The notes below the pieces were generated by a model. The model was not told the origin of the DNA and made no database searches. It was given only the letters and a program-made list of their open reading frames with translations. Positions 10,417 through 22,200 of a stretch of 64,000 bases of DNA are shown here, one piece after another. Origin of the DNA: Tubulanus polymorphus (lineage: Eukaryota; Animalia; Nemertea); NCBI RefSeq assembly GCF_964204645.1, contig NC_134028.1, positions 21,386,345-21,450,344 on the forward strand, read 5' to 3'. Positions within the stretch are counted from its first letter, which is position 1; every line of letters starts with the position of its first letter. The translations under genes were made by a program, and so were the position numbers.

Positions 10417-11415
10417 ATGTACGGAAATGGGACGACGCCGCAGTTCTCCTCGGGAAGCTCCTTGTGTTCTATACATCTGAAACTTAAATACGCTTCATTT
10501 CCACTGCATGTCTATATAGGAATTCCTGTAGCAGTGACTGGAATCATTCTAAATGTTTTATCAGTCATCGTTTTGAACCAAATGTCAACAAAAAGTTTTA
10601 ATTCAACATTGTTTCTGTTGAAGTATCTTAGCCTCGCCGATAGTGTCTGTTTGGTCACCGATCTGAACTATAGGGGTTTAAGATACCTTATAACGATGAT
10701 ACAATTCGGGTTCGATGTATTCAGGATGTCGTCTGCGATGCAACCATTCATGCTGATTCGTACAGTAACCGCGAAGGGCATAGCTCTACAGAATCGTAAT
10801 TGGACGATAGTTCTAATGAGTTTAGACAGACTCGTTCACGTTGCGTTTCCTTTTAAAGCCCTTAAATGGTTCACACGTAGGCGATGCCTTGTCGTAGTGA
10901 TTTCATTGACGTTACTTTCAATTTGTAGTCAAATGTATAAATACTTCTACCTCAGACTCAAATGGGCGAAGCGAACTTGTCCGTACAAGAAACCCGGTTA
11001 TAGAGTGATTTTTGGTAGGGTAAATACATCTGTAGGTCGGTTTTACAGTCCTACCTTAAGTTCGTTGGCACCGTTAACGTTTCTCGCAGCGTTCGCGGTC
11101 GCAACGCTGATATTAACAATGCAAATACGCAGGCGTCAAAAGGAAGTGGCTGCAAGTACTAGCGACAAAAATTCGACGCAAGCGATGAAAATGACATTAT
11201 GTATCATAGGTCTACATGCATTGTTTGAATTGCCCGGTGGAATAAACCACATTCTGATTGGTTTGAAACGTTATAAAGTGATTAGATATCCAATTGAAGG
11301 AATTGCACATCCCGTGGTTGGTTTGCTCAATAGAATCGATTCAGTTAGTAATTTCATTGTTTTTGTTCTAGCTAGTCCTTCTTTCCGTAAATCCTTTAAG
11401 AATATTCTGTTTTAA
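10417..11415 (+). CDS. Class A GPCR copy 2 (short tail)
   Basis: Paralogue of copy 1; TAA in place of AAA after ILF; TM3 Cys replaced by Arg (LIRTV). Confidence 0.88.
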   Translation: MYGNGTTPQFSSGSSLCSIHLKLKYASFPLHVYIGIPVAVTGIILNVLSVIVLNQMSTKSFNSTLFLLKYLSLADSVCLVTDLNYRGLRYLITMIQFGFDVFRMSSAMQPFMLIRTVTAKGIALQNRNWTIVLMSLDRLVHVAFPFKALKWFTRRRCLVVVISLTLLSICSQMYKYFYLRLKWAKRTCPYKKPGYRVIFGRVNTSVGRFYSPTLSSLAPLTFLAAFAVATLILTMQIRRRQKEVAASTSDKNSTQAMKMTLCIIGLHALFELPGGINHILIGLKRYKVIRYPIEGIAHPVVGLLNRIDSVSNFIVFVLASPSFRKSFKNILF

Positions 11416-11442
11416 TATCGATCATTAACACACAAAGATGAA

Positions 11443-13330
11443 GGTAGGGTCTGAAACGAGGCCCCAGCCCCCGCCGCGGCTGCTGCCACACGTCTGAAAC
11501 ACGGTCCTGGCCCCGGTCCCTGCCGCGACCGCACACGTCTTAAACACGGCCCCGGCCCCATTTAGGATGATACAAAAGATGCTAAAATTATGTAAAATTG
11601 TATGTGTGAGAGAGTGCATGGAAGTGTGAATGAACCTTATTCTTCTGTGTAATATTTCCTTTTTGGGGGTGGTATATCCTACAAGCTATGCTTTTTTAAT
11701 CTCCCCTCTGATCAATTATGGCAACGTAATTAGTGTAAAAACATCATGATTTAATTGTATATTATTTGTTATAAATTGCTATAAGGCCACACCAAAGAAA
11801 AGTCCTGTTACTACAATCACCAAAATGGGTAGGTCGGTAGGCAATTTTTTCTTCTTTTTATAGAAAAAAAAATTTCGGGTATTCTTCTGACAGTGGGTAG
11901 GTCGCCGTAGATAATTTTTTACGGGACCAAATTTCCAGTTAAAGATATAATTAGCAGCTAGTCGACCACAATAATAAAGGGAAGTTGAAGTTTTTGTATT
12001 ATATTTCACACTTGGAAACTGTTTATAAAAAGAAAAACATCAAAATCTTGAATAGGTGTATAATATATTGTATACGGAATTCCTGGAATTTTACAATCCA
12101 AGGTCGCCATCAATATCTGATTAGCAACAACGTTGTCTGAGCACATAAATACCATATCCAGAATAAAATTGTTAAATCCGATGTAATAAGATATTTTTAT
12201 CATGTCGTCTCGGTGCCGACATCACGATTTCACGAAAAAGAAAAAATATTTACAAGAATGGAGAGCTTTGTAGTCGGTCAGCCACATATATATTTTTGAA
12301 AATAGTTATTTCATCCACAATTTTGAAATAGGGTCGGTAGGCAATTTTATTTCATTTCGAAAATAATTATTTGAAATGACGAAATATCGGGTCAGTCGGG
12401 CCCGAGAAACAGGGTTTTCTTTTGGTGTGGCCTAATTTTCAGAAAACAGCCAATTATATTGTTCATTTTACCCCACAAGTAGATACATAATATTCAACAA
12501 AAAGGAACTAAAGGAAATAAATATCTCAGTTTCCCTAAAGTAAATTATCCACATGAGCTTGTCGGGTATTGTATAGGTGTTGGCACAAAATAATGCACAA
12601 CCTACAGAAAGTAAACACTACTATTTAGTTTTAGATCTTTAGTTTATAGGTCTTAGGTTATATGTCATACTTAACCCAAGAACCAAAAAACCTTAGGTTC
12701 TGAAATATTGAGCTGCTTCTTCGTGCGGTCTGTCAACTACCCTGGTCTTAACATAAATACTGCACGTATGCTTAAAAAATTGATAAATTTATGAAAGGTG
12801 CCTGTAGATTTCGTGGAACTTTTAATGCAATACCGCGGAGCGTTATCTTAGGGGTTTCTTGATTGAAAAAAATCATGTCAATGAGCCTGTCATCTGATTC
12901 TCCATCAACATTTTTTCCATGGGCAGATTTAGGGTTGGTCTCAGTGCCCAGATTCCTGCCTCCCCACTGGGATTATAGCCACTACGTAAAATAACTCGTA
13001 TTAACAAACTGTATTATTTCATCAAGATTCATTCAAATATAGCTCGCAAAGCAAGCGGCCAATTAGATCATCGGTTGTCCAGACAGAGTCGATTGAAGCT
13101 TAACCGTTCAAAGTTGAAATAGTCTAAATTTGAACTTTTGATAGATATTAGAAAATCTCTTTCCGTTTTTATATTCTTTTTTCCTTACATTTGACCATTT
13201 AAACAAAAAAAGAGTGGCCACGGCCGTGTTTAATACGTGTGCGGCCGCGGCAGGGACCGGGGCCGGGACCATGTTTCAGACGTGTGGCCGCGGCCGCGGC
13301 CGGGGCCGGGGCCGTGTTTCAGACCCTACC
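11443..13330. mobile_element. Non-autonomous Mutator-like (MULE) element, GC-rich ~115-bp TIRs, 9-bp TSD AAAGATGAA
   Basis: GGTAGGGTCTGAAAC...GTTTCAGACCCTACC; TSD at 11434-11442 and 13331-13339; the empty site has a single AAAGATGAA after GPCR copies 1, 3 and 6. Superfamily inferred from TSD length. Confidence 0.82.
11785..12432. mobile_element. PIF/Harbinger-like MITE nested in the MULE; copies at 35271-35906 and 42156-42813
   Basis: TIR GGCCACACCAAA...TTTGGTGTGGCC flanked by TAA on both sides; internal GGTCGGTAGG repeats. Confidence 0.78.
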
Positions 13331-14648
13331 AAAGATGAACTGCTCAATTTACATAGTGTGCGAAGCAAAGATGGCGCTATACAGGGCCTACACGTAACGT
13401 CACTGAGCGTCATATTGACCGTAAAGCGCCATAAAGTCAAAGTGTATAATTCATATTCACTAATAGTCGTCCACTTCCCTCGTAACTAGCCATAGTAAAA
13501 ATGCAGTCGTGTATTAGGAGCTTGTACGTGAGATTTGCGGACAAAATCACGATTAGATACCACACAGGCGGCATGAGAGGAAGAGATCGCAGTTTTTATC
13601 CGCAATCTCTCCCTCCCGTGTGTGAAATGTCATTTTGGCCAAACGAAGCCATCAGACCATTTTGAATGCTTAATGAGACATTCCCACTTGTAAAATAACC
13701 CAGCTACATTGACCATAAAAGTTATTTATACAGTATTTTCAAGTAAATGAAAAAAACATTCACACATTGACCACCACGATCATCGCCCCTTTGCAACGTG
13801 TGTCAATGATGTTAAAACGTTATAATCAAGACTTGAATCATCAATTGCAAACTTAAATTAATAATTGAAGGCCGCCATATATTTCACTACAAATTTCAAT
13901 GGTTTTTTAACAATCCATCACAAAGAAGTGCAAAAGTTCAATGAATCATATAAAATTGATCCCAACTAGACATAGATATTCTTGTAATTTATGGAGGTTA
14001 TATTGTTTATAACAGAATGTGATGAATGAATAGTATATTGATATTATATATACATCGGAATCTTCAATGTTAAATTCTTTTACCAAACAAAATCCATAAT
14101 ACGATTAATACAGATCAACTACCACAAAATGATATTTACCTCTCCTACAATACAGAGACTCATCGGTTTTGTCTGGGGGATATTTATACCTATGGGGGGT
14201 TTTCCGGGGGTACTATTCCTGTTACCACGCAGAATACATTGCAGAAAACCGCGCGAGGACATTCGAAAAGCTAAAAAGGCCCATACGTGTCAGAGCCCCT
14301 CATCCCTCACCCCTATCCGATCCTGATAGGCGATATCCCTTTTTCCTTCGACGTATCAGTCGAATAAAACACTCCTATCCGTGTTTCGTGTCGTTCTATG
14401 CATTTGTATACATGCTACGGTCATTCCGCCTGATGATGGCTGTTTCTTAACAACTGAAATGTTCTGTGGTGTATTGGCTCTGTTGAAGAGCGATTCCAAA
14501 AATACATATATAGAGATTCTCATTATGCATTTTTGGTTGTGTATCAAAGGATCATAAAGTTACGTCACGTGAACTGGTGACGCCATTAGCACAAATAAAT
14601 TCAGATCCGTCCACTCAAAAAAAACATCTCGGTGAAATAGGTGATATA

Positions 14649-14830
14649 TCAGTTAAATGAAGAAATCCCACACTTCGAATTAAATTATAGGTTAGAATTA
14701 ATCATTTTGAAACCACATATTATTTTGTGGTTTCAAAATAATAAATTCTATCCTAAATTTTAATTCGAAGGGTGGGATTTCTTCATTTATCTACAGTATA
14801 CACGGATTATAGTGTTTATTCGACAACTGA
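14649..14830. mobile_element. 182-bp element with TCAGTT/AACTGA ends, TATA flanks and an internal ~135-bp palindrome; copies at 39871-40052 and 45035-45216
   Basis: AAATGAAGAAATCCCA...TGGGATTTCTTCATTT hairpin; absent from the paralogous upstream regions at ~9865 and ~18090. Confidence 0.7.
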
Positions 14831-15365
14831 TATATCAGTCTTGGACCATGGGCCCTCAGACTAGTGGGCTGTTCAGAAATATAGATCCTCAAAAATATCT
14901 TTCGTGAATTTCAGTTTGGGACTTGCCTAATGATAATCCTCAATAGTCACAGAGTTTCAAATATACACAGCGCTATGCATTAACAATATGTACTCCGGAT
15001 GTTTCTTTCTGACAGTATATCTATGCCATATAGCTTTTGCATATATTTACATAGTAGGGAATATAAATAGTTGTTATTTCATATGCATACACTATCCCAT
15101 TACATTATATTTGTCATTTCATTATTCCTGAATAGATTAACTTTTTCGACTTTCATCTCAATTTTCAAAACACATTTTATAGCGAGTTAGATTGAGTTGA
15201 CGACAACGATGATACGGCTGCGCAATGGAGTCTGTAGGTACAACCAGTGAATCTTTGCGCACCCAATTTTCACACTGAAAGCTTCTTTTATAAATCTAAA
15301 TTGAAGCTTTACGAATATTAGTGCGAGGAGTGTATTAGCTTAAGAAACATATCACTCACTTCAAC

Positions 15366-16535
15366 ATGTATGGAAATGGGACGACGCCGCAGTTCTCCTC
15401 GGGAAGCTCCTTGTGTTCTATAAATTTGAAACTTCAATACGCTTCATTTCCACTGCATGTCTATATAGGAATTCCTGTAGCAGTGATAGGAATCATTCTT
15501 AATGTTCTATCAGTCGTCGTTTTGAATCAGATGTCAACAAAAAGCTTTAATTCAGCATTTTTTCTGTTGAAGTATCTCAGCGTGGCCGATAGTGCATTTT
15601 TGGTCACCGATTTGAACTATAAGGGTTTAAGATACCTGATTACGATGATACAACTCGGGTTCGATGTATTCAGGATGTCGTCTGCGATGCAACCACTGAT
15701 GCTGATTTGTACAGTAACCGCCAAGGGCATAGCTCTACAGAATCGGAATTGGACGATAGTTCTAATGAGTTTAGACAGACTCGTTCATGTTGTGTTTCCT
15801 TTTAAAGCCCTCAAATGGTTCACACGTAGTCGAAGTCTCGCTGTAGTGATTGCACTGACGTTACTTTCAATTTTTAGTCAAATTTATAAATACTTCTACC
15901 TCAGACTCAAATGGGCGAAACGAACTTGTCCCTACAGGAAACCCGGTTATAGAGTAATTTTTGGAAGGGTTAATGTATCTGTCGGTCGGTTTTATGGTCC
16001 CACGTTAAGTTCGTTGGCACCGTTAATGTTTCTCGCCGCGTTCGCCGTCGCAACGCTGATCTTAACAATGCAAATACGCAGGCGTAAAAAGGAAGTGGCT
16101 GCAAGTACTAGCGACAAAAATTCGACGCAAGCGATAAAAATGACATTATGTATCATAGGTTTACATGCACTGTTTGAATTGCCCGGTGGTATAAACCACA
16201 TTCTGATCGGTTTGAAACGTTATAAAAAGATCAAATATCCAGTTGAAGGAATTACAGATCCCGTGGTAGGTCTACTCAATAGAATCGATTCGGTTAGTAA
16301 TTTCATTATTTTTGTTCTAGCTAGTCCTTCCTTCCGTAAATCGTTAAAAAATATTCCGTTCAAATGTCGATCGTTAACACACAAAGATGAACTAGACTTA
16401 CATAGTGTGCGAAGCAAAGATGGCGCTATACAGGGTCTACACGTAACGTCACAGTGGGTCATATTGACCGTAAAGCGCCTTCAAGTCACGGTGTATAACT
16501 CATATTCCGTAATAGTCAAATTCCCTCATAACTAG
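15366..16535 (+). CDS. Class A GPCR copy 3 (long tail)
   Basis: Paralogue, 389 aa, same motifs. Confidence 0.88.
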   Translation: MYGNGTTPQFSSGSSLCSINLKLQYASFPLHVYIGIPVAVIGIILNVLSVVVLNQMSTKSFNSAFFLLKYLSVADSAFLVTDLNYKGLRYLITMIQLGFDVFRMSSAMQPLMLICTVTAKGIALQNRNWTIVLMSLDRLVHVVFPFKALKWFTRSRSLAVVIALTLLSIFSQIYKYFYLRLKWAKRTCPYRKPGYRVIFGRVNVSVGRFYGPTLSSLAPLMFLAAFAVATLILTMQIRRRKKEVAASTSDKNSTQAIKMTLCIIGLHALFELPGGINHILIGLKRYKKIKYPVEGITDPVVGLLNRIDSVSNFIIFVLASPSFRKSLKNIPFKCRSLTHKDELDLHSVRSKDGAIQGLHVTSQWVILTVKRLQVTVYNSYSVIVKFPHN

Positions 16536-18545
16536 TCACAGTAAAATAAATCCGGTCGTGTATTAGGAGTCTGTGAGATTCACGGGGAATGACGATTATA
16601 GATATTGCGCACAGTGTTGGACCCAGGCGTGCGCCCCCTATTCTTTCCGAGCAGAAAATGCTTTGCAATCATGTTGCTTTCGTATGCCCTCTCCCCTTCA
16701 AAATGCTCGATCCGCCCCTGGCACAGGTGACATGAGAGAGGCGAGCACTGATGAGATTGTGCCTTTTATCTGTAATCCCTCCCTTCACCGTGGGAGATAG
16801 ATATCATTTGACAAAACAAAGCCAAAAGATCGTTTTGATACGCCAAATAAGACACATTCCGACTTTCAAAAGATCTAGCTTGGTATCTATTGAACATTGT
16901 CCCCATGAAACGTGGGTAAAAATCCGTCACCTTTTGGACGACCAATCTTGTAAAACTGCTGTTAATTCATTAGTTGTTTTCAGGTGAGACTACGCAAACT
17001 CTTTGCTGGCTGGTACATCTGCATCCCATATTGAAAAGCTGCAACTTTTCAAAAACAATGCAGCACGTTTAATGACGAGAACTATAAAAATGTGATCATA
17101 TTACTTCTGTTTTACGTAAACTAAACTGGCTTCCCATCTCGGAAGGAGACAACAGGTTTTACTACTTGTTTTTTTTTTTGCTCCAGTGTATTTGCGAAAC
17201 CTTTTTACTCAGTATGTTCCTAGTCGACCATTTAGATCTAGCAATGATCCTACAATTTTAGTTATACCTTATTACCGTCGTGCTACTGGACGAAATGCTT
17301 TTACTTTCATGGCACTAATTTTATGGAATGTACAACCATAGGAAATTCGAGCATGTCCAACTGTCTCGAGATAAAAAGACATTTACTCATTTCCCCCCAC
17401 GATCATTGATCGTTTGCAACGTGTGAATGATTTCAAAAACACATAATTAAAATTTTGATCATCAATTGGAAACTTTAATTGATAACTGAAAGGCTGCCAT
17501 ATTTCACGGCAAACTTTCATGGATTTTTGCCAATCCATTTAACAAAGAAGTGCAAAAGTTCATTTAACGTAACATATAAAAAAAACCAGAATGTGATAAA
17601 TGAATAGACAATCGATACTATGTATCGGAATTTTCAATGTTAAATTATTTTACCAAACAAAATCCATGACAAGATTTATGGATTGATTACGTTGAGAATG
17701 ATACGAATCTGTTACCATGCAGAATAATACATCGTAACAAACCGCGCGAGAAGATTAAAAAAGCCCTCGTCCCTCATCCCTTTCGGATCCTTATAGGCGA
17801 TATCCTTTTTAACTACAACGTGTATGGAACGACTAAAACACTCTTATCCGTGTTCCGTGTCGTTCTATGCATTTGTATACATACTGCGGTCATTCCGCCT
17901 GATGATGGCTGTTTGTGTTTCTTTCTATGCTCAATAGTTATCTCAAAAATACATATTTATATAGAAATTCTCATTATGTATTTTTGGTTGTGTATCATAG
18001 GATTGTACATGTACGTTACGTGGACTGGTGACGGCATCAGCAAAACAAAATCAACATACCCTCCACCAAAAATATAGAAGATTTATGATATATTTTTCTT
18101 GTGAGTTTCGGACCAATAGGCCCTCGGACTAGTGGGCTGTTCCGAAATATAGATCCTCAAAATTATCTTTCGTGAATTTCAGTTTGGGACTTTTCTTATG
18201 ATAATGCTCAATAGTCACAGCGTTTTCAAGCAGCGCAATGCAATAACAATTGTACTCCGGATGTTTCTTCGTGAAAGTATACCTATTTAGTTTTCGCATC
18301 TATTTACACAGTAGGGAATATATATATTACCGGTGTCATTATCCTTTACGCGAAGTCAAAGTAATTGGCAAAGTTGTTTGGAACAGCAAAAACAATTAAA
18401 CGGACTAGCAATGGATCACACAGAGATGACATCGCTATAGGATATTTCTAAATCTAATCACTCTTCATTTTAGTCAGCACCGCAGAAACTGAAGAAACGA
18501 CTGAGATGAATAAAGATATAATTGAGTTTAAACGTTGTTTTTCAG

Positions 18546-18726
18546 TGTGTTTATTTTAGTTCTGATTATGGTCGCTGCGAGCGCTGCGGTTGTTAACGGT
18601 GACTGGGTTTCATGCTACCTACGCAGTATGAACTGCAGTTCGGAATGTAGGATGCAACCATTCAGCAAAGAATTCTGCTACGGTCAATGTTTCAGGAAGG
18701 ACTGCTTTTATAAATGCCGTAAATAG
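18546..18726 (+). CDS. Small secreted cysteine-rich peptide (probable last exon; start unresolved)
   Basis: After TTTTTCAG: hydrophobic VFILVLIMVAASAAVVNG, then DWVSCYLRSMNCSSECRMQPFSKEFCYGQCFRKDCFYKCRK* with 7 Cys. Confidence 0.62.
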
Positions 18727-19254
18727 ATACGAATAGATATAACAAACCTTTAAGCTTTAATGAATTAAGATCTGTAAAAAATAACTATAAATTCACTATC
18801 AGTTCAATAGTTGGTTGGTTGTTTATTTTTGAAAGTTCTTCTGTGAAAAGTACAAAATACACTCGCATCGCAATCACATAAGCGTAAAAAGTTACATGAA
18901 TGTCTTTTTCTGCGCGTAGTAAAGAAAAATGACCTTTCATTCTAGACCCACTGCAACACTGCGCAGATGACAACTAAATTACGTGCTGTTACAATATATC
19001 ATCATAAAATGTTGATTTTAACTATGTCGAAACGAGTTTTAGGCAAAGCTCGAAAATCATATCATTTCTAAAACAACAATAGACTAAATGGAAATAGAAA
19101 ATTGATTTTACATATACATTTATATGAGAGCATTTTCATCGACCTCAAACTAATCCAATTTTCAGTACTATGGTTCGCAGTCAAATGCTTTAAATTACAC
19201 AATTTGACAAAAAATGAATATAATGAGACATCAATAGTTCGTGTCGCTAGATCG

Positions 19255-22200
19255 TGTCGAGATGTATCGCACGCATAACTGTGCAAGTGAAAAGACAAGT
19301 GTTTATAGGTTTTTAACTGTTGATTAGAAAAATAAACTTTTAACATGCAGAGCACCAGTGTAAACTACACCTGATAAACGTAACAAATGGGTGCGACTCG
19401 CGCATGCGTACTGATTGCACCGGGCTGGAACAGGTAGCTTAAAAGGCATTCAATTGATTAACTTGCATACAATGCAATCACTTCTCCTCTTAATGCATGT
19501 TATCCAGTATCTCTGCCGAATAAAGCACATCGTGTCGATTAACCCTTGATGCATGACTGTACAATGAGCATACTTTATATACAAACTTGTGAAGTTGTTA
19601 TACTTAGGCAGCAAAGATGGGTATTTAGTTGATTCTGGTAACATAATCTTCTGAATTCTCCCCGCCCAGCGAAAAACCCCATCAGAAGATATAATCTTAG
19701 CTGATGAGCGATAGCTGGTAGTTTACTTTTCCCGTTTTGACAACTTCTCAAAGTGAACCCTTGACAACTAAGTGCCCAAAATCTCTCCGCTCTTTCGATC
19801 TCCTCAACACTAATTGCACCAAAGTATTTTCGACAATTTTTGTTCGTATCCACGAAACTGGGAACATATGACGTAACCTTTAAGAGATTGGTAAATGAGT
19901 CGAATCGGTCGATTTCGATCACATTGTTCCAGTTATTAACAACGTCTTTATAGGCTGGCTTATGTCGACAAGCAACACGACGCCTACCGACGCAACTGGT
20001 TTTATCGCCGATCAGCGGCAACTAGCGACCTACGAGAGGCCACCAGTTGGTGCTCTATCGGTTCGACATAAGCCTGCTTGCGACGACAACTCGACGCCTA
20101 CCGACTCGTCGCAAGCCGTATCCGGCTAGTTGCCCATGTTCTACTCCGGCCTACGGTAGGTGGACAGTTGCTTTCGATCGCAACCGACATAAGCTCATGT
20201 GCGACGCGACAGAACTGAGCGCAGGGGTTCCAGCCAATAAGAGACTGCATATACATAGTACAAATCATGACCGCTAGTTAGCGTCATTCGTCATAAACTT
20301 TCAAATTCAAGTAGTTCAAAACGCAAACCAAACCTTCAGCACGGCAGATGACTGGACCGAAGATCTAGAAACGAAATTGGTAGAATTATGGTGTGAGCGG
20401 CCATCTTTATATGATGTCGCTAGCACATTGTATTCAAAACAGAATCAGAAAGATAAAGATCTTAAAGAAATAGCTTTTCTAATAGAAATATATTTCCCAA
20501 AAATTCAAAATGATTCAAATTTATTCTCAAAATGCTTATCACGTGACCATCTGAGCCGTTGCAGTTGCCAGTAATCGTAACCGACATAAGCAGGAAAGCA
20601 ACTGGGTGGATCTCGATCCCGCTAGTCGGCCTCAGTTGCTGCGAATCGGAGCGCAGTCGACAAAAGCTGGGCTGCGATCGCGGTTGCTCTCAGTTGCATC
20701 GGTAGGAGTCGGTAGGCGTCGACATAAACCATAAGCCTTATGAGAAATCTCTACAGTATTTACAGCTATCTGATTATTGCGAGAATCCATATCAATCTTA
20801 TTCAACATTACAAATGATTCGTAATGACCAGACAATATGAATTGTGGGCCATACCACCACAAATCATTTTTTCCGAATTCTTAGCAGATATCCATCGGGA
20901 CAACAAATCAGCCGGATTATTTTTGCCCTCACAAAAATACCAATGATTCAACTGTGTTAAATTCCATATTTCAGAAACTCTATTCGCTACGGAAGGAGAT
21001 AAGTATTTACTAGATGTAACCCAGTGCAACGCTTTCGCACCAAAAGTGAAAAACTAGTTCCACATTACGCAGTGAATTCCTTACGAAATGTGATAATCGA
21101 GCAGCTATAAATGCGGCCAACAATTCCATTTCTGGTGTACGACGAGCCTTTGTAGGTGCTACCCGGTTTTTTGACATTTGAAATGAAACTTGATTGTCGT
21201 ATTTTGAATGAGCTACTCTGTCATGAGCGTGTTCACTCGAATCAGAGAACTCGCGAACTTCGTTCTTTCCACCTATCTTCCCAGTTGTCATATACCGGCG
21301 TGGTAAGATGATAGATAAAGACTCTGCCAAGTTAAGATTTAACAAACGCAAAAACATCACTTAATGGCTCGTTCTTTCGAATTTGTCTAGCCACGATTTC
21401 TGAATGAATAATTTTGCATTTGCAGTGACTGGCGTAACAAATCCCAATGGATCTTGGATTCAAGCAGAATTTCTGGCACCTTTGGTAACTAACGTATCAT
21501 TAAATGGAAGTTCACAGTCAGCTCACATCTACGCAGTGTTGCAGTGGGTCAATCTACCGCATTAGAATCAGAATTCCACTCAATACCTAGAATTTTTACA
21601 ATTCTTTTTTCACCACACACGTTCTCAATCTTTGCTACATTACATAATTATATACTGTTCGAAATCACTCTTGTAGATCGAATCCACCTTCGGATAATAA
21701 TTCCCGTGAAAACTTATAATAATTGATCAATTCACTTATTGACTCACAGCCAGAAATAATATCATCTTCATGGATATTTGTCGTGACTTACGTACCACAC
21801 CCTGATTCAATTCTTAATGATAACGCTGCATTTAAAATGAATGGAGAGCTCTTCGCTCCAACGCAAAATACATAAATATGAAATCCACTATTAGGATTCG
21901 TTGGATCCAACAGCGTCATCGTCGTCATGTAATAAAACATCGATATCTGAACAAAAGGCTAAGGTGTGCATCCTGGAACGCATTAAAATCGAACATAGGT
22001 CGTTAATCAAAATGTTTTAATAGCCGAAACATGATAACCCACTAACAATTCTAGCATTAGAATTATGATGTTTGATATAATTTTGATCATTCGCTGTCAT
22101 ATTAAGTTCAGCCGACTTTTCAGACGACGGCAACATATTTCCTGCCGAACAGTGCGATGCCGGCAACAAATTAGTATATTCATTTTGCTGATGTACACTT

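Noticed and set aside
13214-13489. 91-aa ORF with GRGRGR (also 38437, 43600)
   Set aside because: Read-through of the GC-rich TIR into the orphaned GPCR tail, with a GTG start; not an independent gene.
14129-14547. Short ORFs recurring in three copies
   Set aside because: Recurrence reflects recent duplication of non-coding upstream DNA; frames are not kept in the more diverged paralogous modules.
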